Assembly (NCBI GenBank): GCA_031459615.1
Contig: JAVKIE010000009.1
Coordinates: 8,291-72,290 of the forward strand
DNA: 64,000 nucleotides
Direction: 5' to 3'
From: Candidatus Calidihabitans tengchongensis
GTDB lineage: Bacteria > Sysuimicrobiota > Sysuimicrobiia > Sysuimicrobiales > Kaftiobacteriaceae
The notes under the pieces are model-generated. The model made no database searches. It saw nothing but the letters and a program-made list of their open reading frames with translations, and had not been told where the DNA came from. This document shows positions 35,606 through 45,716 of the stretch, piece after piece (positions within the stretch are counted from its first letter, which is position 1; each line of letters opens with the position of its first letter). A program made the translations under genes and the position numbers.

Positions 35606-37243
35606 GTGGAGTGCGTGGCTGTCCTGCGCTGGCAGGAGGTCCGCCGACAGGCCGCCGACCCGGGGCTGCTGCTGATGCTGCTGGGCACGGCCGTCGCGCT
35701 GGGGGCGTTCGTCCTGTACCCGGCGCTGCGGGTGCTCACCTACCCGACCCTCAGAGACTACCTGGGGATTCCCCACAGCCTGCGCTGGCTGCAGGCGGCG
35801 CGCAACAGCCTGATCATGATGGTCCTGTCCACCGCCACCGCCACGGGGGTGGGCCTGATCTTCGCCTTCGCCGTCACCCGGGAGGATATGCCGGGGCGGC
35901 GGCTGTTCCGGACGCTGGCGCTGCTGCCGCTGTTCGCCCCGCCGTTCATGGTGGCCTTCGCCTACATCCTCCTGTTCGGCCGCCAGGGGCTGATCACCCG
36001 CGGCCTGCTGGGGCTGGACGTGAACATCTTCGGCTGGCCGGGCCTGTGGCTGGTGCAGACGGTGGCGTTCTTCCCCCTGGCCATGCTGATCATCGCCGGC
36101 GTGCTGGAGTCCATCGCCCCCAGCCTGGAGCAGGCGGCCCGCAACCTGGGGGCGGACGAGTGGGCCGCGCTGCGCAGCGTCACCCTGGCCCTGGCGCGGC
36201 CCGGGGTGGCCGGGGCCATGCTGGTGGTTGCCATCTCCGTCCTGGCCGACTTCGGCAACGCCGTCCTCATCGCCGGGGGCTTTCCGCTGCTGGCCACCGA
36301 GGCGTGGTTCCGCATGGAGGGGATGGGCGACCTGACGGGGGCGGCGGTGGTGGTGGCGATGCTGCTGGTGCCGACCACGGCGCTGTTCTTCCTGGAGCGG
36401 TACTGGGTCAGCCGGCGGCTGTACGTGACCGTGACCGGCCGCGGCACGCGGCTGGACCGCCCGCCCCTGCCGGCGCCGCTGCGGGCGGCCCTGGTGGCGG
36501 TGTGCGCCCTGGTCAGCCTGCTGGTGGTCCTGGTGTACCTGGGAGTGGTGGCCGGGGCGTTCACGGCCGTGTGGGGGCGGGACTGGTCGCTGACGTTCGA
36601 CCACTGGCACCTGGCCTGGGAGCGCGCCGGCACGCTGCTGACCAGCCTGAAGATCGGCGCCCTGGCCGGAGCCATCACGGCCGTGGTGGGGGTGGTGGCC
36701 GCCTTCCTCACGTCCCGGGCCGTCCCCCTGCGCCGCGCCCTGGACTTCCTGGCGGTCCTGCCGGGGGCGATGCCCGGCGTCTTCGTGGGCGTGGGGTTCG
36801 TGCTGGCCTTCAACCGCACCCCCCTGGGCGGCACGCCCTGGCTGGTGGCCCTGGCGCTGGCCTTCTGGCACCTGCCCATGGGCTATCAGGCGGCGGCGGC
36901 GCGGCTGCGGCAGATCGAGCGGGCCATCGAGGAGGCCGCCATGAACCTCGGCGCCGGCGGCGTGCGGGTCCTGCTGGACGTGTACGTGCCGCTGCTGCTG
37001 CGCGGGCTGGTGGAGGCGTTCGCCGTCTCGTTCATCCGGGCGGTGACCAACGTCAGCATCGTGGTCTTCCTGGTGGCGCCGGGAACGATGGTGGCCACCT
37101 TCGTCATCCTGGGGCTGATCCAGAGCAACACCTGGGGTGCCGCCGCGGCGCTGACCACCATGCTGCTGGCGGTCACCTTCGCCGCCGTGGGGCTGACCGG
37201 CCTCGCGGTGGGCCGGGCGCTGCGGGGCCAGCCGGTGGGGTGA
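35606..37243 (+). CDS. Fused two-domain ABC permease (FbpB/ThiP type).
   Basis: About 12 TM helices with two EAA loops. Confidence 0.8.
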   Translation: MECVAVLRWQEVRRQAADPGLLLMLLGTAVALGAFVLYPALRVLTYPTLRDYLGIPHSLRWLQAARNSLIMMVLSTATATGVGLIFAFAVTREDMPGRRLFRTLALLPLFAPPFMVAFAYILLFGRQGLITRGLLGLDVNIFGWPGLWLVQTVAFFPLAMLIIAGVLESIAPSLEQAARNLGADEWAALRSVTLALARPGVAGAMLVVAISVLADFGNAVLIAGGFPLLATEAWFRMEGMGDLTGAAVVVAMLLVPTTALFFLERYWVSRRLYVTVTGRGTRLDRPPLPAPLRAALVAVCALVSLLVVLVYLGVVAGAFTAVWGRDWSLTFDHWHLAWERAGTLLTSLKIGALAGAITAVVGVVAAFLTSRAVPLRRALDFLAVLPGAMPGVFVGVGFVLAFNRTPLGGTPWLVALALAFWHLPMGYQAAAARLRQIERAIEEAAMNLGAGGVRVLLDVYVPLLLRGLVEAFAVSFIRAVTNVSIVVFLVAPGTMVATFVILGLIQSNTWGAAAALTTMLLAVTFAAVGLTGLAVGRALRGQPVG

Positions 37244-37247
37244 AGCG

Positions 37248-38303
37248 ATGGCGCGGGTGCGGCTGGAGGGCGTGAGCAAGCGCTTCGGCTCCACGGTGGC
37301 CGTGCGCGACGTGACCCTGGACGTCCCCGAAGGCTGCTTCTTCACCCTGCTGGGGCCCAGCGGGTGCGGCAAGACCACCACCCTGCGCATCGTGGCGGGG
37401 TTCCACCTGCCCGATCAGGGGGAGGTGTACATCGACGAGCAGCGGGTGACCCATCTCCCGCCCCACCGGCGGCGGACCGCCATGGTGTTCCAGGAGTACG
37501 CCCTGTTCCCGCACATGACCGTCTTCGAGAACGTGGCCTACGGCCTGCGGATGCGCCGCGTGCCCGAGGACCAGGTGCGGGCCCGGGTGGCCGCCGCCCT
37601 GGAGCTGGTGGGCCTCCCCGGACTGGGGCGCGCGTTTCCCTCCCAGCTGTCCGGCGGCCAGCAGCAGCGGGTCGCCCTGGCCCGGGCGCTGGTGGTGGAG
37701 CCCGACGTGCTGCTGCTGGACGAACCGCTGAGTAACCTGGACGCCAAGCTGCGGGTGCGGGTCCGGGGGGAGATCCGCCAGCTGCAGCGCCAGCTGGGCA
37801 AGACGGTCCTGTATGTGACCCACGACCAGGAGGAAGCCCTGGCCATCTCGGACCGCATCGCGGTCATGGAGGCGGGGCGCGTCCTGCAGGTGGGCACCCC
37901 GGTGGAGATCTACCACCGGCCCGCCCACCGGTTCGTGGCCGACTTTGTGGGCCTGGCGAACTTCCTCGACGGGGAGGTGATCGGTCCCGACGCCGTCCGC
38001 TGCGCGGGCGTGGTGGTCCGGCTGCGCGGGGACGGACTGTCGCCGGGGCGCGTGACGGTGATGCTGCGGCCCGAGGCCCTGCGCCTGCACCGCCAGCCGC
38101 CGCCGTCGGGAACCGTCCTGCCGGGCCGCATCACCGCCAGTAGCTTCCTGGGCACCCTGGCCCGGTACTGGGTGGCGGCCGGCGGGATCACCTGGATCGT
38201 GGACGTGCCGGCGCCGGGCGAGACGGTCTACGAAGGGGAGGTGTTCCTGGAGATTCCCCCGGAGCGGGTGCACGTGCTCCGGGACGACACCGCCAGCGCC
38301 TAA
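37248..38303 (+). CDS. ABC ATPase (FbpC/PotA type).
   Basis: GPSGCGKTT, LSGGQQQR, LLLDEPLSNLD. Confidence 0.9.
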   Translation: MARVRLEGVSKRFGSTVAVRDVTLDVPEGCFFTLLGPSGCGKTTTLRIVAGFHLPDQGEVYIDEQRVTHLPPHRRRTAMVFQEYALFPHMTVFENVAYGLRMRRVPEDQVRARVAAALELVGLPGLGRAFPSQLSGGQQQRVALARALVVEPDVLLLDEPLSNLDAKLRVRVRGEIRQLQRQLGKTVLYVTHDQEEALAISDRIAVMEAGRVLQVGTPVEIYHRPAHRFVADFVGLANFLDGEVIGPDAVRCAGVVVRLRGDGLSPGRVTVMLRPEALRLHRQPPPSGTVLPGRITASSFLGTLARYWVAAGGITWIVDVPAPGETVYEGEVFLEIPPERVHVLRDDTASA

Positions 38304-38327
38304 TCGCATCAGGGAGGAGGGCGACCG

Positions 38328-39293
38328 ATGGGCAAGTGGCAGCTGCCGCCGCCGGGCGGCCACATGGACAAACGCACCGGCATCTACCTGCAGACCATGA
38401 CCATGCGCGATGTGGAAGAACGCCTGAAGACCAACGACGTGCTGATCGTGCCGCTGGGATCTACCGAAGCCCACGGCCCCAACGCGCCCCTGGGGGAGGA
38501 CATCTTCCTGGTGACGCGCATGGCCGAGCTCGTGGCCGAGCGCACCGGGTGCACCGTCAGCGAGCCGCTGTGGTTCGGCTCGCACCCCTACCACCACATC
38601 GGCATGCCGGGCACCGTGCCGATTCCCGAAGACGTCTTCACCGCCTTCGTGCGGGCCATGATCGCCGGCTTCTGGAACATGGGGTTCCGCAAGCAGATCC
38701 TGCTCAACGGCCACGGCCAGGAGTACGTGATCCCCACCGCCATCCACCAGTTCGCCAAGCGCTACCGGGTGCCGGCGCTGATCGTGAACGTGAACTGGTA
38801 CCACGCCATCCCCGACCACTTCCGGCTGCGGGCGGAGGGCGGACCGTACGAGACCCCGTTCATCCACGCCGACGAGGTGGAGACCAGCTGGTGCCTGGCC
38901 CTGTTTCCGGAACTGATGAAGCAGGAGTGGGCGGTGGACAACACGCCGTTCGGCTTCCTGCCCGAAGGGCACGTGGACAAGGCCGGCAACCTCCTGCGGC
39001 GGCCCATCGCCTGGTACGGCCACGTGGGCGCCGGACCCATCGAAGTGAAGGCCTATCTGGAGGGGGTCGTGGGCCGGCCCACCCTGGCCCGGGCCGAGAA
39101 GGCCCTGCCGGGGGTGGAGGCCCTGCTGGACTACCTGGAGCGGCTGGTCACCGACATCCTGCAGAAGTTCCCGCCCGGCCAGCTGCCTCCCGCGCACCTG
39201 CTGACCGAGCGGGACGAGAGGGAGCTGGAGGAGATCCTCAAGGGGCCCGCCCGCGGGGGGAAGAGCATCTACAGCCTGGGGTGGCCGCCGTAG
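38328..39293 (+). CDS. Creatininase-family amidohydrolase.
   Basis: LIVPLGSTEAHGPNAPLGED is the creatininase-fold metal-binding motif. Confidence 0.8.
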   Translation: MGKWQLPPPGGHMDKRTGIYLQTMTMRDVEERLKTNDVLIVPLGSTEAHGPNAPLGEDIFLVTRMAELVAERTGCTVSEPLWFGSHPYHHIGMPGTVPIPEDVFTAFVRAMIAGFWNMGFRKQILLNGHGQEYVIPTAIHQFAKRYRVPALIVNVNWYHAIPDHFRLRAEGGPYETPFIHADEVETSWCLALFPELMKQEWAVDNTPFGFLPEGHVDKAGNLLRRPIAWYGHVGAGPIEVKAYLEGVVGRPTLARAEKALPGVEALLDYLERLVTDILQKFPPGQLPPAHLLTERDERELEEILKGPARGGKSIYSLGWPP

Positions 39294-39410
39294 GGAGGAG
39301 AGCAACGGGATCGGGGATCCGGAATCTGGGATGAGGGAGTGGGGATCCGGGGACCGGTCCGCCGACAGCCGCTGGTCCCGGGTCCCGGATGACCGACGCC
39401 GGCAGAGGCC

Positions 39411-40226
39411 GTGAAGATCAGCCTGGTGATCTCCGTCGAGGAGACCTCGTTCGCCGCCGTGGCGGCGCAGGCGGACTGGGCCCGGGCCATCGAGCGGGCA
39501 GCCGCGCTGGGCTACGACGGGGTGGAGCTGGCAGTGCGCGACCCCCAGGCGGTGGATGCCGACGCGCTGTGGGAGCGCACGCGCCAGGCCGGCCTCACCG
39601 TCCCCGCCCTGGGCACCGGGCAGGCCTACCTGGCCGACGGGCTGAGCCTCACCGCCCGGGATCCCGGCATCCGCCGGCGGGCCGTGGAGCGCCTGCGGGC
39701 GCACCTTGACCTGGCGGCCCGGTGGGGGGCCCTGGTGATCGTGGGCCTGGTGCGCGGGCGGATCGAGGACGGGCGGGAGAGCGCCGACCGCCGCCTGGAG
39801 GAGGCGCTACAGCGCCTGCTGCCCGACGCCGAGCGGCTGGGGGTGCGACTGGCCATCGAGCCCATCAACCGGTACGAGACCGACTACCTGGCCACGGTGG
39901 GCGAGGTCCTGCAGCTCCTGGACCGGGTCAGGTCGCCCCGGGTGGGGGTGCTGGCCGACACCTTCCACATGAACATCGAGGAGGTCTCCATCGAGGATGC
40001 CCTGCGCCACGGCCGGGACCGGCTGTTCCACGTCCACGTGGCCGACAGCAACCGGCGGGCGCCGGGGTGGGGGCACCTGGACTTCCGGAGGATCCTGGGC
40101 GTGCTGGAGGAGATCGGGTACGGCGGGTTTCTGTCGGCGGAGATCCTGCCCCTGCCCGATCCGGAGCAGGCGGCGGCGCAGGCGGTGCGCTACCTGCGGG
40201 CCCTGCGCGCGACCGCACCATCCTGA
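39411..40226 (+). CDS. Sugar-phosphate isomerase/epimerase (xylose-isomerase-like TIM barrel).
   Basis: LAIEPINRYE ... LADTFHMNIEE ... HVHVADSNR. Confidence 0.8.
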   Translation: MKISLVISVEETSFAAVAAQADWARAIERAAALGYDGVELAVRDPQAVDADALWERTRQAGLTVPALGTGQAYLADGLSLTARDPGIRRRAVERLRAHLDLAARWGALVIVGLVRGRIEDGRESADRRLEEALQRLLPDAERLGVRLAIEPINRYETDYLATVGEVLQLLDRVRSPRVGVLADTFHMNIEEVSIEDALRHGRDRLFHVHVADSNRRAPGWGHLDFRRILGVLEEIGYGGFLSAEILPLPDPEQAAAQAVRYLRALRATAPS

Positions 40227-40239
40227 AGGAGGGGAGACG

Positions 40240-41253
40240 ATGAGACGGATCGTGGTGGCGGTTCTGGCCGTGCTGCTGGCGTCGCTGGCCGGGCACGCGG
40301 CGCCGGCGGGGAAGGTGACGGTGCTGTGCAGTCCCAACGTGGAGTGGTGCGACCTGATCCGGGCCGAATTTCCCAAGGCCACGGGCATCGCGCTGGAGTT
40401 CGTGCGCCTCAGTTCCGGCGAGGCCCTGGCCCGGCTGCGGGCCGAGCGGGCCAACCCGGTGTTCGACGTGTGGTTCGGCGGCACCGGCGACCCGCACATC
40501 GTGGCCAACGAGGAGGGGCTGACCGAATTCTACCGGCCCCGGGCGTGGGCGGACCTGCGGCCCGAGCTGCGGGAGGCGGTGGCCGGCAAGTACATCCCGC
40601 TGTACGCCGGCATTCTGGGATGGGCCATCAATCCCTCGCTGCTGCGGGAGAAGAACATCCCCGAGCCCCGGCGGTGGGAGGACCTGGCCGACCCGCGGCT
40701 GCGGGGGCTGGTGGCGTATCCCAACCCCAACACCTCCGGGACCGGGTACACCATGCTGGCCACGGTGGTCCAGCTGTTCGGGGAGGAGAAGGCCTTTGAT
40801 CTCCTCAAGCGGATCCACCGCAACGTGGCCCAGTACACCCGGGGAGGTGCCGATCCCGGCGTGCTGACCGGGCGCGGGGAGGTGGCGGTGGGCGTCACGT
40901 TCGTCCACGACGCGGTCCTGCAGGTGCTGCGGGGGTTCCCCATCACCTACGGGGCAGCCCGGGACGGCACCGGCTACGAGATCGGAGGGCTGAGCCTGGT
41001 CAAGGGTGCGCCCAACCGCAGTCACGGCATCACCTTCATCGAGTGGGCCCTCACCCCCGCCGCCCAGGCTCTGGCGGCGCAGGCGGGCTCCTACCAGATC
41101 CCGTCCAACTCCAAGACGCCGGTTCCGTCGGTGGCGCCGCGGTTTGAGGCGTTCAACGTGATCAAGTACGACTTCCTGAAGTACGGGAAGGCGTCGGTGC
41201 GGGACGGGCTGGTCAACCGGTGGACGAAGGAGGTCTTCCCCCTGCCCAAGTAG
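40240..41253 (+). CDS. Second FbpA/ThiB-family ABC substrate-binding protein, a paralog of the one at 34515.
   Basis: Signal peptide; the same fold and length as the SBP at 34515-35537. Confidence 0.75.
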   Translation: MRRIVVAVLAVLLASLAGHAAPAGKVTVLCSPNVEWCDLIRAEFPKATGIALEFVRLSSGEALARLRAERANPVFDVWFGGTGDPHIVANEEGLTEFYRPRAWADLRPELREAVAGKYIPLYAGILGWAINPSLLREKNIPEPRRWEDLADPRLRGLVAYPNPNTSGTGYTMLATVVQLFGEEKAFDLLKRIHRNVAQYTRGGADPGVLTGRGEVAVGVTFVHDAVLQVLRGFPITYGAARDGTGYEIGGLSLVKGAPNRSHGITFIEWALTPAAQALAAQAGSYQIPSNSKTPVPSVAPRFEAFNVIKYDFLKYGKASVRDGLVNRWTKEVFPLPK

Positions 41254-41265
41254 GGGGAGCGGTCC

Positions 41266-43494
41266 ATGGCCCAGGTGCTGGTCGCTCCCGCCCGTCCGGC
41301 CGTCCGGGTCGTGCCGTCCCTGACGGCGTGGGGGGCGCTGGCGGCCCTGGCCGCCCTGGCCCTGCCGTGGGCGCGCGTGGGGCGCGACCTGGGGGTTTTC
41401 GTCCCGCAGACTCTCGGCCTGGACCTGGTGGGACGGGACTGGCGGGTGGCCGTGGCGGTGGCAGCCGGGGCGCTGGCCGCAGTCGCCGGCGGCGCCCCGC
41501 TGCCCCTGGCCGCCCGCGGGCGGGCGGCACTCATCCTGGCCGCGGTCGGGCTGGCCGCGACGGCCCTCGCGGTGGGGCAGCGGGGTGCGCCCATGGGGCC
41601 GGCGGCCTGGGCGGCGATCCTGGGCTACCTGGCCCTGGCCGGCGCCGCGCTGTCCGCGGCGGGATACCTCCACGCCGACCCGTTCATCGCCGTCGGGATC
41701 CTCTGGGCGTGGGGGTTCGTGGCGGCGTTCATCGTGTACCCGCTGGTGGCCGTGCTGCAGGCCAGCGTGGTGGTGCGCGGACATCTCACCCTGGAGGTGG
41801 TCCGGGAGACGGTCCGCTCGCCGATCTTCCTGATGGTCAACAACCCCGCCACCCCCGTCCACGAAGGACGCCTGGCGGCCGGGGTGGGCGCGGCGGCCGG
41901 CACCGCGGCCGCCCTGGCCGCCGCAGGGTTGCGCCGCGGCGGCCGGACCGCGCTGGCCTGGGGGCTGCGGGCGGGGGTGGGCGTGGGGGCGCTGGCGGCG
42001 CTGTACCTGGGGTTCGGGGCGGTGCGCAACAGCGTCCTGCTGGCGGTGGTGGTCAGCACCATCTCCACCGGGCTGGGCTTTCTGTTTGCCCTGCTGGCCG
42101 AGCGATCCCGGCTGCCGCTGCGCCGGCTGTTCGGACCTGTGTCCATCCTGCCGATCATCACGCCGCCGTTCGTCCTGGGGCTGGCCATCATCTACCTGTT
42201 CGGGCGGCGGGGGTTCATCACGCACCGGGTGCTGGGGCTGTCCACCGCGGCGTTCTTCGGCCCCCTGGGGGTGGCGCTGGCCCAGATCCTGGCCTACACC
42301 CCCATCGCCTTCCTGGTCCTGCAGGGGGTGGTGCGGGCGCTGGACATCTCGCAGGAGGAGGCCGCCGAGACCCTGGGCGCTCCCCGCTGGCACGTCCTGC
42401 GCACGGTGATCTGGCCGCTGGCGCGCCCGGGGCTGGCCAACGCCTTCCTGCTGGTGGCCATCGAGAGCCTGGCCGACTTCGGCAACCCCATCGTGGTGGG
42501 AGGCGACAAGCCCTACCTGGCCACCGAGGTGTTCTTCTCCCTGGTGGGCCGGTACAACCCCCACGAAGCGGCGGTGTTCGGCGCGACGCTGCTCCTGATG
42601 ACGTTTGCCATCTTCTTCCTCCAGCAGCGGTGGATCGGGCGGGCTGGCTACGTCACCGTGACCGGGCGCCCCACCGCCGGATACCGGCGGCCCCTGCCGG
42701 CGGGTCTGGAGTACGGCGGCAACGCCCTGTTCCTCCTGTGGATCCTGCTGACCGCGGTGCTGTACGGCTCGGTGGCCGTGGGCAGCCTCACCAAGTTGTG
42801 GGGGTTTGACTATACCCTGACGGCCGCCCACTACCGGGGACTGTCGCCCACCGGGTGGGCGGTGTTCCGCACGTCCGCGGTGCTGGCGGCGATCGCCGCC
42901 GTCCCCTCCACGGCGGTCGGGTTCGGGATCGGCTATCTCGTGACCCGCTATGCGTTTGTGGGCCGGCGGGCCCTGGAGGTGGCGTCGATGCTGTCCTTCG
43001 CCACGCCCGGCACCGTGATGGGGATCGGCTACATCCTGGCCTTCAACCAGGGCCCTCTGCTGCTGACCGGCACCGAGCTCATCATTATCCTGGCGTTCGT
43101 ATTCCGCAACATGCCGGTGGCGCTGCGGGCGGGGGTGGCGGCGGTCCTGCAGATCGACCGGTCCCTGGAAGAAGCCTCCACCGTCCTGGCGGCCGGCGCG
43201 GCGACCACCCTCCGACGGGTGGTGGTGCCGCTGGTGTGGCCGGCCCTGCTGGCGGGCGCGGTGTTCAGCTTCGTCCGGGCGATGACCGCCATCAGCCAGG
43301 TCATCTTCCTGATCACGCCGCGCACCAACCTGGCCACCACCCAGATTCTCTCCTACGTGAACTACGGCACCGTGGGCCTGGCCGCCGCCCTGTCGTGGGT
43401 GCTGGTGGTCTTCATGGCGGCCGTCATCGTGGCCCTGTACCTGGCGACCCAGCGGCTGGGCGCGCGCCACGTGGGGGTGGTGCCGACCCTGTGA
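41266..43494 (+). CDS. Fused two-domain ABC permease (FbpB type, 742 aa).
   Basis: Many TM helices and two EAA-like loops. Confidence 0.8.
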   Translation: MAQVLVAPARPAVRVVPSLTAWGALAALAALALPWARVGRDLGVFVPQTLGLDLVGRDWRVAVAVAAGALAAVAGGAPLPLAARGRAALILAAVGLAATALAVGQRGAPMGPAAWAAILGYLALAGAALSAAGYLHADPFIAVGILWAWGFVAAFIVYPLVAVLQASVVVRGHLTLEVVRETVRSPIFLMVNNPATPVHEGRLAAGVGAAAGTAAALAAAGLRRGGRTALAWGLRAGVGVGALAALYLGFGAVRNSVLLAVVVSTISTGLGFLFALLAERSRLPLRRLFGPVSILPIITPPFVLGLAIIYLFGRRGFITHRVLGLSTAAFFGPLGVALAQILAYTPIAFLVLQGVVRALDISQEEAAETLGAPRWHVLRTVIWPLARPGLANAFLLVAIESLADFGNPIVVGGDKPYLATEVFFSLVGRYNPHEAAVFGATLLLMTFAIFFLQQRWIGRAGYVTVTGRPTAGYRRPLPAGLEYGGNALFLLWILLTAVLYGSVAVGSLTKLWGFDYTLTAAHYRGLSPTGWAVFRTSAVLAAIAAVPSTAVGFGIGYLVTRYAFVGRRALEVASMLSFATPGTVMGIGYILAFNQGPLLLTGTELIIILAFVFRNMPVALRAGVAAVLQIDRSLEEASTVLAAGAATTLRRVVVPLVWPALLAGAVFSFVRAMTAISQVIFLITPRTNLATTQILSYVNYGTVGLAAALSWVLVVFMAAVIVALYLATQRLGARHVGVVPTL

Positions 43495-43504
43495 GGGAGA
43501 TGCC

Positions 43505-44566
43505 GTGACAGCCACAGACCAGGCCGTCCGCGTCCGCCTGGACGGGGTGACCAAGACATTCGGCCCGGTGGTGGCGGTGGACCGGGTGACCCTGGACATC
43601 CCGCCGGGGCGTCTGGTCACGCTCCTGGGCCCGTCGGGGTGCGGGAAGACCACCACCCTGCGGATCATCGCGGGGCTGGAGAAGCCCACCGCGGGGCGCG
43701 TGTACATCGGCGAGGAGGACGTCACCCCGCTGCCGGCGGCCAGCCGGGGAGTGACCCTGGTCTTCCAGGCCTACGCCCTGTTCCCGCACCTCACGGTCTT
43801 CGAGAACGTCGCCTACGGCCTGCGGGTACGGCGCCTGCCCGAGTCCGAGATCCGCCGGCGGGTGGCGGAGGCGATGGCCCTGGTGGGACTGCCAGGGCTG
43901 GAAGACCGCTACCCGGCCCAGCTGTCCGGCGGCCAGCAGCAGCGGGTGGCGGTGGCCCGGGCCCTGGTGATGCAGCCCCGCGTGCTGCTGTTCGACGAGC
44001 CGCTGTCTAACCTGGACGCCAAGCTGCGCAAGCGGGTGCGGGCGGAGATCCGCGACCTGCAGCGGCGGCTGGGCATCACCACCATCTATGTCACCCACGA
44101 CCAGGCCGAGGCCCTGGCCCTGTCGGACGTGGTGGTGGTGATGAACCAGGGAAAGGTGGAGCAGGTGGGCACGCCCGAGGAGCTGTACCGGCGGCCGGCC
44201 AGCCGCTTTGTGGCCGACTTCATCGGAGAGGCCAACCTCCTGCCCGGCCACTACCACGACGGCCAGGTGACCCTGGGGCCGTACCGCTTCGCCTTCCGGC
44301 AGGAGGGCGCACCGTCCGGGGCGGTCACAGTGATGGTCCGCCCGGAAGCGGTCGCCATCGCCACCGACGGGGAGGGCCTGCCCGGCCGGGTGCGGGCGGG
44401 GTTCTTCATGGGCATGACGCTGGAGTACCTGGTCGAGACCCTCCTGGGCGAGGTGACGGCGGTCGAGCCGCTGTCCGAGCGGGGCCTGCTGCCGCCGGGG
44501 ACGTCGGTGGTCCTGCGGATGAGGCCGGCGGGTGTGTACCTGCTGCCGGGGGAGGATAGACCGTGA
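43505..44566 (+). CDS. ABC ATPase (FbpC/PotA type).
   Basis: GPSGCGKTT, LSGGQQQR, LLFDEPLSNLD. Confidence 0.9.
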   Translation: MTATDQAVRVRLDGVTKTFGPVVAVDRVTLDIPPGRLVTLLGPSGCGKTTTLRIIAGLEKPTAGRVYIGEEDVTPLPAASRGVTLVFQAYALFPHLTVFENVAYGLRVRRLPESEIRRRVAEAMALVGLPGLEDRYPAQLSGGQQQRVAVARALVMQPRVLLFDEPLSNLDAKLRKRVRAEIRDLQRRLGITTIYVTHDQAEALALSDVVVVMNQGKVEQVGTPEELYRRPASRFVADFIGEANLLPGHYHDGQVTLGPYRFAFRQEGAPSGAVTVMVRPEAVAIATDGEGLPGRVRAGFFMGMTLEYLVETLLGEVTAVEPLSERGLLPPGTSVVLRMRPAGVYLLPGEDRP

Positions 44567-45678
44567 GGCGCGGTGCGCGGGCGCGGACCAGGGGCCCGTC
44601 GGCCGGACAGCAGGGCCCCCTGGGTGCACCAGGGAGGGTGGCCGGCCGCACGGCCGGGGGCGCGGCGTTCTCCCCCGACGCGTTTCTTCCCCCCGCAGCC
44701 GTCGCCCGCATCACCGACGTCCGCATTCAGCGGCCGCAGGTGGTGGAGGAGGAGGCCGCCGCCCGGCGGCGGCGGGAGCAGATCGCGCCCGACGGGCGCC
44801 TGGTCCTGCTGGCCGCCGACCACCCGGCGCGCGGCGTCCTGCGGGCCGGGGCGGACCCGCTGGCCATGGGCAGCCGCCGGGCGCTGCTGGCCCGCATCCT
44901 CCGGGTCCTGATCGGCCGGGCGGACGGCGTGATGGCCACCCCGGACATCCTGGAGGAGCTGATGATCCTCCAGCGGCTCGACAAGGAGCGCGGCGGGCCG
45001 GGCTTTCTGGACCACAAGGTGCTGGTCGGGTGCATGAACCGGGGCGGGCTGCACGGCAGCGCCTTCGAGCTGGACGACCGCATGACGGCCTTCACCCCCG
45101 AGCGCATCGCCTCCCTGGGGCTGGACGGGGCCAAGGTCATGGTGCGGGTGGACCTCTCCGATCCGGCCACCCTGCGGACCCTGGAGGCCTGCGCCCGGGC
45201 GGTGACCGCCTGCCACCAGCGGGGGCTGCCGGTGTTCCTGGAGGTGATGATGGTCGCCCGCGGCCGGGAGGGCTACCGGGTGGTCCGGACGCCGGAAGCG
45301 CTGGTGACGGTGGTGAACATCGCCACCGGTCTGGGGGCCTCCTCTGCGCGGACGTGGCTGAAGGTGCCCTACTGCCCGCAGTTCGAGCGGGTGGCGGAGG
45401 CCACCACGTGCCCCCTGCTGCTGCTGGGCGGCGAGACGCGGGGGGCGCCGGGTCCCCTGCTGGAGGAGGTGGCCGCGGCGATGCGGGCCGGCCCGTCGGT
45501 GCGGGGAGTCCTGGTGGGCCGCAGCCTCACCTACCCCGGTCCCGAAGACCCCTACGCCGCCGCCGAGGCCCTGTGGGCGGTGGTGCACGAGAAGGCCTCG
45601 GTGGACGAGGCCCTGGCGAGGATGGCGGAGGCCCGCGGGCGCCATATGGACCGCTTCGCCCACCTGGCGGCGACCTAG
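44563..45678 (+). CDS. Class-I aldolase superfamily protein (DeoC/FbaB/LacD or DUF2090-like TIM barrel).
   Basis: Weak family-level resemblance only; the long Arg-rich N-terminus is unusual. GTGA overlap with the ATPase gene. Confidence 0.45.
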   Translation: MRRGARARTRGPSAGQQGPLGAPGRVAGRTAGGAAFSPDAFLPPAAVARITDVRIQRPQVVEEEAAARRRREQIAPDGRLVLLAADHPARGVLRAGADPLAMGSRRALLARILRVLIGRADGVMATPDILEELMILQRLDKERGGPGFLDHKVLVGCMNRGGLHGSAFELDDRMTAFTPERIASLGLDGAKVMVRVDLSDPATLRTLEACARAVTACHQRGLPVFLEVMMVARGREGYRVVRTPEALVTVVNIATGLGASSARTWLKVPYCPQFERVAEATTCPLLLLGGETRGAPGPLLEEVAAAMRAGPSVRGVLVGRSLTYPGPEDPYAAAEALWAVVHEKASVDEALARMAEARGRHMDRFAHLAAT

Positions 45679-45716
45679 CCGTGGCCGCCCGACCTCAGAG
45701 GGAAGGAGGGACGACG

